In this document: piece by piece, positions 1 to 9,898 of the stretch
How the letters are laid out: every line of letters begins with the position of its first letter
Numbering within the stretch: the first letter of the stretch is position 1
DNA from: Bacteroidia bacterium
Lineage (GTDB): Bacteria; Bacteroidota; Bacteroidia; AKYH767-A; OLB10
Direction of reading: 5' to 3'
Assembly (NCBI GenBank): GCA_020847635.1
Contig: JADLBQ010000045.1
Location: 41,377-105,376 of the forward strand
DNA length: 64,000 bases
Notes under the pieces: model-generated
Database searches by the model: none
The model's input: the letters and a program-made list of their open reading frames with translations, nothing else
What the model was told of the DNA's origin: nothing
Program-made: the position numbers and the translations under genes

Positions 1-2285
1 TTAACATGGTTGTTTATCTCTATGGCAATGCTCATGTTAAATATGAAGATATGCAGCTACAGGCTGATTACATTGCTGTAAATCTTGAGAACAAAACACT
101 GCTTGCCTCCTTTATGACTGACAGCAGCGGGAATAAAACCGGCATTCCGGAGTTTAGCCAGGCTGAAGATAAGTTTACTGCTGAAGAGATCAAATATAAT
201 TTCAATACCAGGAAAGGTCGAATCCGCGGAGTTTATACCGAGCAGGGTGAAGGCTATATTTTCGGCCAGACCGTTAAGAAACTGGATGACTATGAATTCA
301 TTCATAACGGAAGATATACAACCTGCAACCTACCCCATCCTCATTATTCAATCAATGCTTCAAAACTGAAAATTATAAATAACAGAAAAATAATAACCGG
401 GCCTGCCTACCTGAGTATTGCTGATGTTCCGGTCCCTCTGGCAGTACCATTCGGATATTTCCCGAACAGGAAAGGCCAGTCATCCGGAATTATATTTCCA
501 GCTTATGGTGAATCGGATGATCTTGGTTTTTTTCTGAAAAATGGCGGATATTATTTTGGGATCAGTGATTATCTGGATCTGGCACTTACCGGTGATGCTT
601 ATTCGAAAGGGAGTTATTCTGCTCAATCATTTTTCAGGTATGCCTGGAGATACCATTTTAATGGTAACCTTGTTCTCAGTATGTCGAGAATCAAACTTAG
701 TGAACCCGAATTACCTGATTATTCGGTTAACCGGGATTTCTTTATCCGCTGGACGCACAACCAGGATCCCAAAGCCAGGCCTCACAGTGTGTTTACTGCC
801 AATGTCAATGCTGGCAGCAGCCGGTATTTCAGAAATAATGTTTCTACGCCTGATAATTTTCTGACAAACACGTTTCAAAGTTCAATTGCATGGTCAAAAA
901 CATTTCCGGGAAAACCTTATTTCCTTTCAGCAACTGCTAATCACAGCCAGAATACGCAAACCCGGGACATGAGCATTACCCTGCCGCAATTAACCTTTGG
1001 TGTAAACCGCTTGTATCCTTTTAAAAGAAAGGTAATCACTGGTAAACAAAAATGGTACGAAAAAGCAGGTGTTAGTTACCAGGGTAATTTTCAGAACGTA
1101 ATTAACGGAAAAGACACCTCAATCTTTAAGGGTAACTGGAGCCATCGCATGCGGAACGGAATTCAGCACTCAATCCCAATAAGTACTTCTCTTCAGGTTA
1201 TGCGTCATTTTACATTGTCTCCGTCTGTTAACTATTCGGAAAAATGGTATATGCGTACGATTGAGAAGCAATATGACCCGACTACTAACTCAATCTTTAC
1301 AGATACCGTGAACGGATTTAAAGCTGCCCGTGAATTCAATGCAGCAGTTTCTCTCAATACCCGAATTTACGGGATGTTTCAGTTTACACAATCAAGAATA
1401 CAAGCAATCCGTCATGTAATGACTCCAACGTTATCCTTTTCCTACAAGCCTGACTTTTCAGATGCATTCTGGAACAGCTACAAGACAGTTCAGACCAATG
1501 CTGAAGGTGAAGAAATCAAATACAGCATTTATGAGCAGTCACTCTTTGGAGGCCCTTCAGCAGGTAAGCAGGCACTCATCGGGTTTACACTGGATAACAA
1601 TCTGGAGATGAAAATGAAGCCGGCACGTGACACTTCCGGATCAGTTAAAAAGGTTAAAATTTTTGAGAGCCTGAGTGTGAGCGGGAATTATAATGTTGCT
1701 GCTGATTCAGTAAGATTATCAGTTATCAGCCTGGCTGCAAGAACGAGCTTGTTTGATAAGCTAAGCCTGAATGCAACCACTTCATTCGATCCTTATATTA
1801 CCGATTCTTTAAGTAGAAGAATGAATTCTTTTGAGGCAGGCGTTAACAACCGGATTGCCAGGTTAACCTCAGCAAATTTTTCTGCAGGATTTAATGTCTT
1901 GAATCAACCACAATCTGAAAGATCAAAAGAAGGGGAGGAGCTGATTTCCTACAATGTCCCATTCTCTCTTTATTTCAGCTATAACCTGTATTATATCAAA
2001 CCATCAGATTATTTAGACAAACAGGTTACCCAGACAATTAACTTTAATGGTGACATCTCACTTACCAAGAACTGGAAAATAACATTCAGCTCAGGTTATG
2101 ATCTGAAACAGAAAAACTGGAGTTATACTTCGTTAAGTCTCTATCGTGATCTGCACTGTTGGGAAATGAGATTTAACTGGGTACCGCTGGGTGGATATAC
2201 GTACTGGAATTTTCAAGTGAATGTGAAAGCTTCAGTACTCCAGGATTTAAAACTTACAAAGAAAAAAGATTACTACGACCAGTAG
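1..2285 (+). CDS. LptD/OstA-like outer-membrane LPS-assembly protein, 5' end cut by the window edge
   Basis: The frame is open to the window edge. The N-terminus is OstA-like (VYLYGNAHVKYEDMQLQADYIAV). A long aromatic-rich, beta-strand-rich region follows, as in Bacteroidota LptD-like proteins. Confidence 0.6.
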   Translation, partial: NMVVYLYGNAHVKYEDMQLQADYIAVNLENKTLLASFMTDSSGNKTGIPEFSQAEDKFTAEEIKYNFNTRKGRIRGVYTEQGEGYIFGQTVKKLDDYEFIHNGRYTTCNLPHPHYSINASKLKIINNRKIITGPAYLSIADVPVPLAVPFGYFPNRKGQSSGIIFPAYGESDDLGFFLKNGGYYFGISDYLDLALTGDAYSKGSYSAQSFFRYAWRYHFNGNLVLSMSRIKLSEPELPDYSVNRDFFIRWTHNQDPKARPHSVFTANVNAGSSRYFRNNVSTPDNFLTNTFQSSIAWSKTFPGKPYFLSATANHSQNTQTRDMSITLPQLTFGVNRLYPFKRKVITGKQKWYEKAGVSYQGNFQNVINGKDTSIFKGNWSHRMRNGIQHSIPISTSLQVMRHFTLSPSVNYSEKWYMRTIEKQYDPTTNSIFTDTVNGFKAAREFNAAVSLNTRIYGMFQFTQSRIQAIRHVMTPTLSFSYKPDFSDAFWNSYKTVQTNAEGEEIKYSIYEQSLFGGPSAGKQALIGFTLDNNLEMKMKPARDTSGSVKKVKIFESLSVSGNYNVAADSVRLSVISLAARTSLFDKLSLNATTSFDPYITDSLSRRMNSFEAGVNNRIARLTSANFSAGFNVLNQPQSERSKEGEELISYNVPFSLYFSYNLYYIKPSDYLDKQVTQTINFNGDISLTKNWKITFSSGYDLKQKNWSYTSLSLYRDLHCWEMRFNWVPLGGYTYWNFQVNVKASVLQDLKLTKKKDYYDQ

Positions 2286-2288
2286 GAC

Positions 2289-3713
2289 TTAAGTTTGAGG
2301 TTTGAGGCCAATCTCCCGGCCTTTTTTCAGCATCAGTTCAAAAGCTTCATTAAACGAGTTGGAGATTTCACCTTCAAGAATAGCCTCACGGATTGCATCT
2401 TTAATTATTCCGACTTCCCGGCTTGGCTTGAGTCCGAATGTTTGCATGATGGTTTCTCCTGAAACAGGTGGTTGCCAGTTTCGGATCCGGTCTTTTTCTT
2501 CAATCTCTATTAGCTTTTGTTTTACCAATTCAAAATTCTGGTGGTACCGCCTGACTTTATCTTCATTTTTAGAAGTGATATCAGCTCGGCACAATATCAT
2601 AAGGTCATCAATATCATCACCTGCCTCAAAGAGCAATCGTCTTACAGCCGAGTCAGTTACAGTTTCCTGTACCAGAACAATGGGCCGCAGATGAAGCAAA
2701 ACCAGTTTCTGAACGTACTTCATTTTCTCATTCAATGGCAGCCGCAGTTGTTTGAAAATTGCCGGAACCATACGGGCACCTTTATCTTCATGACCGTGAA
2801 ATGTCCAGCCTGTTTTCAGGTCAAAACGCTGAGTGGCGGGTTTGGCAATATCATGCAGAATGGCAGCCCACCTCAGCCATAAGTTATCTGTTTTTTCACT
2901 GATGTTATCAAGAACTTTAAGCGTATGGTAAAAGTTATCCTTATGACCTTTTCCGTTAACATACTTTACTCCCTGCAAGGCTGCCATTTGAGGGAATATG
3001 AGATGCAACAAGCCCGTATCAAACAACATCTTAAACCCGGCTGAGGGTTTTATTGTCATAATGATTTTATTCAGTTCATCGGTAATTCGTTCCATTGATA
3101 CAATGCTGATTCTGTCTTTACATGAAGTAATTGCATTGTATGACTGGGTTTCAATTCCGAAACCAAGCTGTGATGCAAACCGGATGGCTCGCATCATCCG
3201 TAAGGGATCATCGCTGTAGGTTGTTTCAGGATTAAGCGGAGTCCGGAGTATTTTCTGATTCAAATCTGCCAGACCGCCAAATGGGTCAACAAGTTCACCC
3301 AATCGGGATTTATTTAATGATACGGCCAGTGTATTGATGGTAAAATCACGTCTGAGCTGATCGTCCTCAATCGAACCAGCCCTGACTTTTGGCTTTCGTG
3401 AACCCCTGGAATACGATTCTTTTCTTGCTCCCACAAATTCAATCTGGTAATCTTTATATGTAAACATAGCAGTCCCGAAATTCTTGAAAAGTGTAACAGG
3501 TGATGCTTCTTTCAGCTTTGAAGCAACTGCCTTTGCCAGTTCAATTCCGTTACCGGTTGTCACCAGATCAATATCTGTACAGGGCCGATTTAGCAAGGCA
3601 TCACGAACAAAACCACCAATAACAAAACAATCGGTTTTTAATTCATCAGCAACTTCAGAGGCAATGGTAAAAACCGGGTGGTCTAAAATATCTCTCAGAT
3701 TTAACGACTCCAT
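2289..3713 (-). CDS. cca: CCA-adding tRNA nucleotidyltransferase / poly(A) polymerase family protein with HD domain
   Basis: It has the GGFVRDALL nucleotidyltransferase motif, RRDFTIN, and the HD-domain motif AILHDIAKP. Length is 474 aa. Confidence 0.85.
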   Translation of the reverse strand: MESLNLRDILDHPVFTIASEVADELKTDCFVIGGFVRDALLNRPCTDIDLVTTGNGIELAKAVASKLKEASPVTLFKNFGTAMFTYKDYQIEFVGARKESYSRGSRKPKVRAGSIEDDQLRRDFTINTLAVSLNKSRLGELVDPFGGLADLNQKILRTPLNPETTYSDDPLRMMRAIRFASQLGFGIETQSYNAITSCKDRISIVSMERITDELNKIIMTIKPSAGFKMLFDTGLLHLIFPQMAALQGVKYVNGKGHKDNFYHTLKVLDNISEKTDNLWLRWAAILHDIAKPATQRFDLKTGWTFHGHEDKGARMVPAIFKQLRLPLNEKMKYVQKLVLLHLRPIVLVQETVTDSAVRRLLFEAGDDIDDLMILCRADITSKNEDKVRRYHQNFELVKQKLIEIEEKDRIRNWQPPVSGETIMQTFGLKPSREVGIIKDAIREAILEGEISNSFNEAFELMLKKGREIGLKPQT

Positions 3714-3722
3714 ACGGCAAAG

Positions 3723-4298
3723 TTACTTCCTGAGGAACCTGAAAGTACCATTCAGCTCAATTTTGAGAATCACAGAAGGAATACCTTTTTTTTTCTTCTC
3801 ATTTTCAAGGTTGACTATATAGTCTGCCTTTGATTTGATGCTTTCCGGGATCTCGTCAAAGCACACTGGAGCAGGATGACCGCTGATGTTTGCTGAAGTT
3901 GAAACCAATGGCCGGCCAGAAAGCACCATTAACCGGTTACAGAACTCATGCCTGGGTATACGGATTCCGACTGAACCATCTTTTGAAATAACCAGTGCTG
4001 AAAGGTTCATTGCTCCCGGATAAATGATTGTTATTGGCCTGACTGAAAACTCTAGGAACGGCCATGCCATTTCCGGAATCTGTTTTACATATTTTAAGAG
4101 TTTATTTTCTGATTCAACAAGTACAATCAGGCTTTTATTTTCATCACGCTGTTTGATTTGGCAGATTCTTTTTACTGCTTGTGTATTGGTTGCATCACAG
4201 CCCAGTCCCCAGATGGTATCAGTCGGGTAGAGAATGATACCTCCTTGTTTAATGATTTCAGCACAATGCTGAGCTTCCTGTTCAATCAATTGTTTCAT
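3723..4298 (-). CDS. tsaC: L-threonylcarbamoyladenylate synthase (YrdC/TsaC family)
   Basis: YPTDTIWGLGCDA and STSANISG motifs are typical of YrdC/Sua5. Length is 191 aa. It overlaps the upstream gene by 4 nt. Confidence 0.85.
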   Translation of the reverse strand: MKQLIEQEAQHCAEIIKQGGIILYPTDTIWGLGCDATNTQAVKRICQIKQRDENKSLIVLVESENKLLKYVKQIPEMAWPFLEFSVRPITIIYPGAMNLSALVISKDGSVGIRIPRHEFCNRLMVLSGRPLVSTSANISGHPAPVCFDEIPESIKSKADYIVNLENEKKKKGIPSVILKIELNGTFRFLRK

Positions 4299-5272
4299 TT
4301 GGGCAACAGGTCAGTGGTAATCCGGATATGCATTGCGCAGTTAAAATGTTGTTCCGGACAAGATTGTTTACCATGAAATCCGCAGGGACGGCAGCCCGGA
4401 ACGGGATCAGCCTGAACAATACGGGAGTTATCAGATAAGGGGCCAAAACCAAACTCAGGAATTGTTGAAAGAAAGAATGCAGTAACAGGAGCATTTACAG
4501 ATGATGCGATATGAAGGGGTGCAGAATCATTGACATAATTCATTACAGCACCTTTCATCAGTGCTGCTGTTTGAAGCAAACTTAATTTTCCAGCCAGGTT
4601 CACTGCCCTGATGCCGGATTGCCGGATGATTGTTTCTGCTAATTCTGCATCTTCTTTCCCTCCGATTAATGCCATGCTGTATTTATCCTTTAGCAGGGCG
4701 ACCAGTTCCACCCATTTTGGTACCGGAAGCTGTTTGGTAAACCAGACCGAAGCCGGTGCCAGGCATACATACGGCTTGTGGATGTAATTCTTTACTGAAT
4801 CATAATCTACTTCAGAAGGGTAGAGCCTCGGCTTAAGTGGATTTTCTTTTACCAGCCGGCTGATCAGCATTGCATTTCTGGTGATTTCATGAGTACCATC
4901 TCCAATACGATGCGGATAGTGCTCTGAAAAAAACCAGGATAATGGATTTTTTGAGAAACCTGAAGTCTTCTTGCCTCCTGATAGTACAGTTAACAGTCCT
5001 GATGAAAAAAACCGCTGAATATTGAAGACTTCATCATATTGTTCTTTTCTTACCTGAATAATCAGTTTCAACAGGTTCTTGATTTTATTTTGTCGTTTAT
5101 CCCAGACCCAAACTCTTCTGATAAAGGGGTGATGATCGAATAACGGTTCATTTCCTTTTCTGACCAGAACATCCATCCAGGATTCAGGATGATAATGATG
5201 CAGGGTTTCAATTAATGAGGTTGAAAGAACTACATCACCTAAAAAAGCAGTTTGAATAATCAGGATTTTCAC
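4295..5272 (-). CDS. Glycosyltransferase family 9 (LPS heptosyltransferase-like)
   Basis: KILIIQTAFLGDVVLSTSLIETL is a typical GT9 N-terminus. The track start at 5281 is TTG. A GTG at 5272 gives the family-typical MKILIIQ start. Confidence 0.8.
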   Translation of the reverse strand: MKILIIQTAFLGDVVLSTSLIETLHHYHPESWMDVLVRKGNEPLFDHHPFIRRVWVWDKRQNKIKNLLKLIIQVRKEQYDEVFNIQRFFSSGLLTVLSGGKKTSGFSKNPLSWFFSEHYPHRIGDGTHEITRNAMLISRLVKENPLKPRLYPSEVDYDSVKNYIHKPYVCLAPASVWFTKQLPVPKWVELVALLKDKYSMALIGGKEDAELAETIIRQSGIRAVNLAGKLSLLQTAALMKGAVMNYVNDSAPLHIASSVNAPVTAFFLSTIPEFGFGPLSDNSRIVQADPVPGCRPCGFHGKQSCPEQHFNCAMHIRITTDLLPK

Positions 5273-5286
5273 AACCAGCAAATAAA

Positions 5287-6093
5287 TCAGACAGCAACAT
5301 TGAATTCACGTAAAGTATTGTTCAATGAGGTTTTCAAATCAGTTGAAGCTTTACGTTTTCCGATGATTAGGGCACAGGGAACATGGAATTTTCCAGCCGG
5401 GAACTCTTTTTCATAACTCCCTGGGATTACCACCGAACGTTCGGGAATCACGCCTTTGAATTCTTGTGGCCTAAACCCGCTGACATCAAAAATTTTTGTA
5501 GATGCAGTCAATACTACACCGGCACCAATAACCGCTTCTGCCTTTACCTGAATGCCCTCAACAATAATACAACGAGAGCCAATAAAACAGTTATCTTCAA
5601 TGATTACCGGTGAAGCCTGAACCGGTTCAAGTACTCCTCCGATTCCGACACCACCGCTTAAGTGAACCTGCTTGCCAATCTGAGCACAGCTGCCAATCGT
5701 AGCCCAGGTATCAACCAATGTGCCTTCATCTACATAAGCACCAATGTTTACATACGATGGCATCAGGACTACATTTCTTGCCAGATATGCCCCATAACGG
5801 GCAACTGCATTCGGAACGACTCTGACACCCTGCTTTGCAAAATCCTTTTTCAATGGAATCTTATCATGATACTCAAAGGGACCTGCTTCTAAGGTTTCCA
5901 TTTTCATAACCGGGAAATAAAGTAAAACAGCTTTCTTAACCCATTCATTAACGAACCATTGATTGTCTTTCATCTCAGCAACTCTGAGATTACCCAGGTT
6001 TAATTCTTCAATTACAGCATAAATGGCATCAATAGTTTTCTTTTCAGAAAGTAAACTTCGGTTATTCCAGGCTTGTTCTATCAGGTCTTTCAT
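5287..6093 (-). CDS. dapD: 2,3,4,5-tetrahydropyridine-2,6-dicarboxylate N-succinyltransferase
   Basis: MKDLIEQAWNNRSLL matches a DapD N-terminus and hexapeptide repeats follow. I chose the internal ATG at 6093. The longer ORF to 6147 adds 18 atypical residues. Confidence 0.85.
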   Translation of the reverse strand: MKDLIEQAWNNRSLLSEKKTIDAIYAVIEELNLGNLRVAEMKDNQWFVNEWVKKAVLLYFPVMKMETLEAGPFEYHDKIPLKKDFAKQGVRVVPNAVARYGAYLARNVVLMPSYVNIGAYVDEGTLVDTWATIGSCAQIGKQVHLSGGVGIGGVLEPVQASPVIIEDNCFIGSRCIIVEGIQVKAEAVIGAGVVLTASTKIFDVSGFRPQEFKGVIPERSVVIPGSYEKEFPAGKFHVPCALIIGKRKASTDLKTSLNNTLREFNVAV

Positions 6094-6145
6094 GGCTTTA
6101 ACAGCGATTGCAAAAATAAGCCTTGTATGTTCATAGCTTTGCTGC

Positions 6146-6562
6146 ATGGCCCGGATAATTGCAATTGATTATGGAAGAAAGCGAACAGGTATTGCTGTAA
6201 CCGATGAACTGAAGTTGATTGCAACCGGATTACAGGCTGTTGAAACCAGAAAACTTTTTGATTTTCTGAAAAAATACTGTTCAGAAAACCAGGTAGAAAT
6301 AATTCTCTTGGGCGAACCAAAGCGCTTAAATAATCAGACAACTCATATTACCAAGGAAGTGTATCAGGTTGCTGAAAATTTGCAAAAAGTATTTCCTGGG
6401 ATCAGGGTTATCTTGTCAGATGAACGGTTTACCTCTAAAATTGCTACCCGTGAAATAGCTGCAATGGGATTAAAAAAGGCTCACCGCAGAGAGAAGAAAT
6501 TGACCGATATTGTAAGTGCCGTGATTTTATTGCAAGAGTATCTGAACGCTCAAAAACCTTAA
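6146..6562 (+). CDS. ruvX: Holliday junction resolvase-like protein RuvX (YqgF)
   Basis: MARIIAIDYGRKRTGIAVTD is the canonical YqgF N-terminus. Length is 138 aa. Confidence 0.9.
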   Translation: MARIIAIDYGRKRTGIAVTDELKLIATGLQAVETRKLFDFLKKYCSENQVEIILLGEPKRLNNQTTHITKEVYQVAENLQKVFPGIRVILSDERFTSKIATREIAAMGLKKAHRREKKLTDIVSAVILLQEYLNAQKP

Positions 6563-6593
6563 ATCAACGGCTTAGTCTGATTGCTCCGAATCG

Positions 6594-7574
6594 TTACTTG
6601 AGCTTCATTGTGATTTTTCCTGACTTCAGATCGGTAATCTCAAATCGACCGTTGTATTTTTTATCTAAAACAGTAGCCAGATCATCGGTACTCCCGTTAT
6701 GCCGGATGTTGTAAGTAGCAATGTTATTTTCATACTTGACCACTTCAGCACTTTTTACCCCGGCTGTATTTTTCAGTAATTCGAGTGTATTGCTTTTCTG
6801 CGAGAAGGAGCAATTGCTGATAACCACTGTGGTCAGATTAGAACTCAACTCTTCTGCTGAGGGTAAAGGAATATGATCCTTTTCCTGAGCAAGGTATTCA
6901 ACTGCCTGGATAATTCCTTTTTCTAATGCAGCAGCCACAGCAGGATTTGAAGAGGTTTTGCCTGACATTTTAATGCCAACAAACCGGAAACTGCTGCCGC
7001 TTCCTTTTTTAGCTTCTACATTAAAACTGGTTGATTTGAGGATTGCACCGGTTTTGGGGCTGAGTATCTTCAGAATAAATCCGATTTTAGCTTTTGATGT
7101 ACTGGCACTGATTCCTAGTGTGCCGCTGGTGGAAGTAGCATCATTATATTCAGTTACTTCACCGGTAACCACAATCTGAGCCTGCAGCAATTTCCCTTTT
7201 TCTGTTCCTGAGGCAGCATCGGCATATTCTGAGTTTGCCAGATCGGTTTCCTTGGTTACATCATCCAGTTTACGGATTTCTTCAAGAACCTGGAAACAGT
7301 TTACCTGGCTGAGTGCATTACTAAGCATAGTACTCATGTTTTCACCTAATTCACGAGGTGAGTTTCCCGCGGTTGCATTAAAACGTGAAACTCGGACACG
7401 AATTCGTTTCTCAAACGGAATATCCTTGCATTGCTCCTGAACAGCTTCCATCCGGATCTGCACCTCATCTTTTTTGTTTTCTTTTTTCGATTTTGATTCT
7501 TGTGCTGAGGTAATCTGAGTTGTAATTGTTGTTATAAAGCCAGTGAGAATGAGTAGTAATCGGATGTTTTTCAT
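6594..7574 (-). CDS. CsgG-like periplasmic/OM protein with an extra C-terminal domain of about 85 aa
   Basis: The signal peptide ends ..ITSA/QE and has no lipobox Cys. CsgG-like blocks are present: RVRVSRFNATAG..LGENMSTMLSNAL..CFQVLE, LQAQIVVTGEVTEYN, ILSPKTGAILKS and IIQAVEYL. Confidence 0.55.
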   Translation of the reverse strand: MKNIRLLLILTGFITTITTQITSAQESKSKKENKKDEVQIRMEAVQEQCKDIPFEKRIRVRVSRFNATAGNSPRELGENMSTMLSNALSQVNCFQVLEEIRKLDDVTKETDLANSEYADAASGTEKGKLLQAQIVVTGEVTEYNDATSTSGTLGISASTSKAKIGFILKILSPKTGAILKSTSFNVEAKKGSGSSFRFVGIKMSGKTSSNPAVAAALEKGIIQAVEYLAQEKDHIPLPSAEELSSNLTTVVISNCSFSQKSNTLELLKNTAGVKSAEVVKYENNIATYNIRHNGSTDDLATVLDKKYNGRFEITDLKSGKITMKLK

Positions 7575-7611
7575 AATGATTTGTTTTAAATGGAGTTTAC
7601 TTGTTAAAGTT

Positions 7612-9003
7612 TTATTGTATGATTAAGTGAATGAAGGTTGTTTTCGAGGAAGAGGTTAGCGATAAAAGATAAGGGCACGGAGGTAAGCTTAAATCTACCT
7701 CTCGTTCACCTGCTGCTAACCGGATTTTCTTTAGTGATTGTCCAGCCAGGTTAAATACTTCAAGATTCAGAGTTTCAGTTGAATTATCCGGATTCAGGGT
7801 AATATGTCCTGAGGTAGGATTAGGCCATATGCTGACTGAACATGTGAGATTCATAACCGGCTGAACGGATGAGACTGAACCAACTTCAGTCAGATCACAG
7901 GAAGGATTAGTACCTTCAGACTGAACAAAACTGTGAATGAGTGTGTGGATATTGGTTGAATGATCAAATTTAAAAACCGTTCCATATCCCGAAGCTCCTC
8001 CCATGCCGGTAGTTGCATACAGTTTAGTATCACTTGCCTGGATAAAACTTTGCCAGGGTAGTGAACCATTGATAAAGTCAAAATTGTATTCAATATTGTA
8101 ACTATTCGTTGTGATATCAAAACTGAATATTACGCCTCCTCCCAAAGGACCTCCGTTGCTGATCAGCCCGTAGAGCAGTGATGGCGAAACCTGAATCATG
8201 CTGTTCCATGGCCATTTCCCATTAGCTGTATTGAATTCGATTAGTTTAGCGTAGCTCCCTGTTGCAGGATCAAACATAAAAAGTACACCATCATCAGATG
8301 CTCCACCGTTACGGGTTAAGCCGTACATTTTCCCGTTTGAAGCTTCCAGCAATGAGCCGTATGGCGTTTTGCCGTTGACTGCATCAAAATTGTGTTCTAC
8401 AGTGAGCTGGCCATTGGTTATATCGTAACTTACAATGGTACCACTGTTTCCGGAACCACCATAAGCCAGTAATCCATACAGCCTTCCGTTAAGTGAAGAC
8501 TGGATAAATCGGTCAGTAATTCCATTTCCTTCAGAAGATCCGTTAAAGTTGTGAAGATTTGTAATAACATCGGTTGAAGGATTAAGGGAAATCAGATTGT
8601 TGATGCCGCCACCGTACAGCATACCATCATTTGCCAGCATAAAACTACCCCAGGGGAAGGCTCCGTTAGTACCATTAAAATCCAGAAGTTTAGTTACAGT
8701 CTGATTGACAGGATTTACTTTAATGACTGTTCCTAAATTATTAGTGCCTCCTGTATTGGCTGTTGCATATAACATATTGTTTGGGGCAAGGCAAAAGCTA
8801 CCTTGCGGATTGGAACCGGTGATAGAGTCAAAAGAGAAGACGGTAACAAATCCTGATCCATCTCCATTTACTTTAAATATTGTACCTTTAGCATTGGCTC
8901 CACCAAAGGTACACAATCCCCACAGTTCAGGTGACTGTGCTGGACCTGTGAAGGAAGCAAATAATCCGAGAACAGTTAAGAAAAGCAGGTGAATGTGTTT
9001 CAT
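7612..9003 (-). CDS. Secreted GloVer (Gloeo_Verruco) tandem-repeat protein with T9SS C-terminal sorting domain
   Basis: It has a signal peptide and about 8 repeats of the form GG..G.GT[IV]FK......... The C-terminus (WPNPTSGHITL..LEVFNLAGQ) resembles a Por secretion tail. The ATG at 9003 is preferred over the TTG at 9009. Confidence 0.7.
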   Translation of the reverse strand: MKHIHLLFLTVLGLFASFTGPAQSPELWGLCTFGGANAKGTIFKVNGDGSGFVTVFSFDSITGSNPQGSFCLAPNNMLYATANTGGTNNLGTVIKVNPVNQTVTKLLDFNGTNGAFPWGSFMLANDGMLYGGGINNLISLNPSTDVITNLHNFNGSSEGNGITDRFIQSSLNGRLYGLLAYGGSGNSGTIVSYDITNGQLTVEHNFDAVNGKTPYGSLLEASNGKMYGLTRNGGASDDGVLFMFDPATGSYAKLIEFNTANGKWPWNSMIQVSPSLLYGLISNGGPLGGGVIFSFDITTNSYNIEYNFDFINGSLPWQSFIQASDTKLYATTGMGGASGYGTVFKFDHSTNIHTLIHSFVQSEGTNPSCDLTEVGSVSSVQPVMNLTCSVSIWPNPTSGHITLNPDNSTETLNLEVFNLAGQSLKKIRLAAGEREVDLSLPPCPYLLSLTSSSKTTFIHLIIQ

Positions 9004-9029
9004 TGGCAAAGAGTAGTTTAACGGATGAG

Positions 9030-9872
9030 TTAAGAATTAATGGTTGCATCCTGTGAATCAATGGAAGAAATACTGTTCCACATTTCACTGCCGGCAACAG
9101 AAATCAGAGTATCGGCAGTTAACTGGTTGTCGGCTTTTAAAGCCATTAATTCGTTTTTGCCAATGGGTCCTTTTGGAGTTCCACCTGGAGTCATATAAAA
9201 GTAGCGAACCTGCTTTTTTTCTTTAACCTTACTGGCAATTAATTTACCTGTTGCTCCGGCATGATTTGAAAGTGCTTTGGTTGCATCTGCCAGGCTGTTG
9301 CCTGCATTAGAAAGCAATTGCTGAAGGCGCTCACCATCATCAGTTCTAAACTCTTTCAGGCTGGTTACATCATTTACTCCGGACAAATCAAACTGCAGAT
9401 AGGGTGCTTCGGAGAAGCCCATAAAACGGGCAATAAAAATTGTCGGAATTTTTAACCGTCTCTGGTTATAGTGCTCTACACAATTATTATAGATTATACG
9501 CTGAGATTGAATATCGCTTTCACATTTTTCGATGTTCTCAATCAAACGGAGATAGGTTTCGTTTGATTTGAGGTTGGGAAACCGTTCAGCCATTCCCTGG
9601 ATACTGGTTAAGGTAGTACCGGATTGCTGGTAACTGCTCATCAGGGCTGCAGCCGTATTGTCTTGGGAGACTTTAAGCTGTAGAAATTGCTCAGCCTCCT
9701 GGTAGTTTTTAACCACATCAATGAGTTGGTTAATCAGTGAGAGTTTTTTGCTAATGGTTACCTGGATGTTACTGGCTTGTCTGCGAACAGCCTGAGCAAA
9801 TTTTTGTAATTCGTTATAACTCATTATAGCTACAACTAAAACAATAATCAGAAGAAGAATCAAGAATGTCAT
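9030..9872 (-). CDS. LemA family membrane protein fused to a C-terminal GYF_2-like domain
   Basis: An N-terminal TM helix is followed by LemA-like blocks (YNEL.., ERFPNLKSN, IIYNNCVEHYN). The C-terminus YFYMTPGGTPKGPIGKNEL...DTLISVAGSEMW fits the GYF_2 pattern. Confidence 0.65.
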   Translation of the reverse strand: MTFLILLLIIVLVVAIMSYNELQKFAQAVRRQASNIQVTISKKLSLINQLIDVVKNYQEAEQFLQLKVSQDNTAAALMSSYQQSGTTLTSIQGMAERFPNLKSNETYLRLIENIEKCESDIQSQRIIYNNCVEHYNQRRLKIPTIFIARFMGFSEAPYLQFDLSGVNDVTSLKEFRTDDGERLQQLLSNAGNSLADATKALSNHAGATGKLIASKVKEKKQVRYFYMTPGGTPKGPIGKNELMALKADNQLTADTLISVAGSEMWNSISSIDSQDATINS

Positions 9873-9898
9873 GATGCTGTGATTTTGATGGTTGAAAT

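Noticed and set aside
6145-6148. Divergent dapD and ruvX start codons appear to share a CATG palindrome
   Set aside because: The DapD family N-terminus (MKDLIEQAW) begins at the internal ATG at 6093. The 18 extra codons are probably not translated, so the genes are separated by 52 nt.
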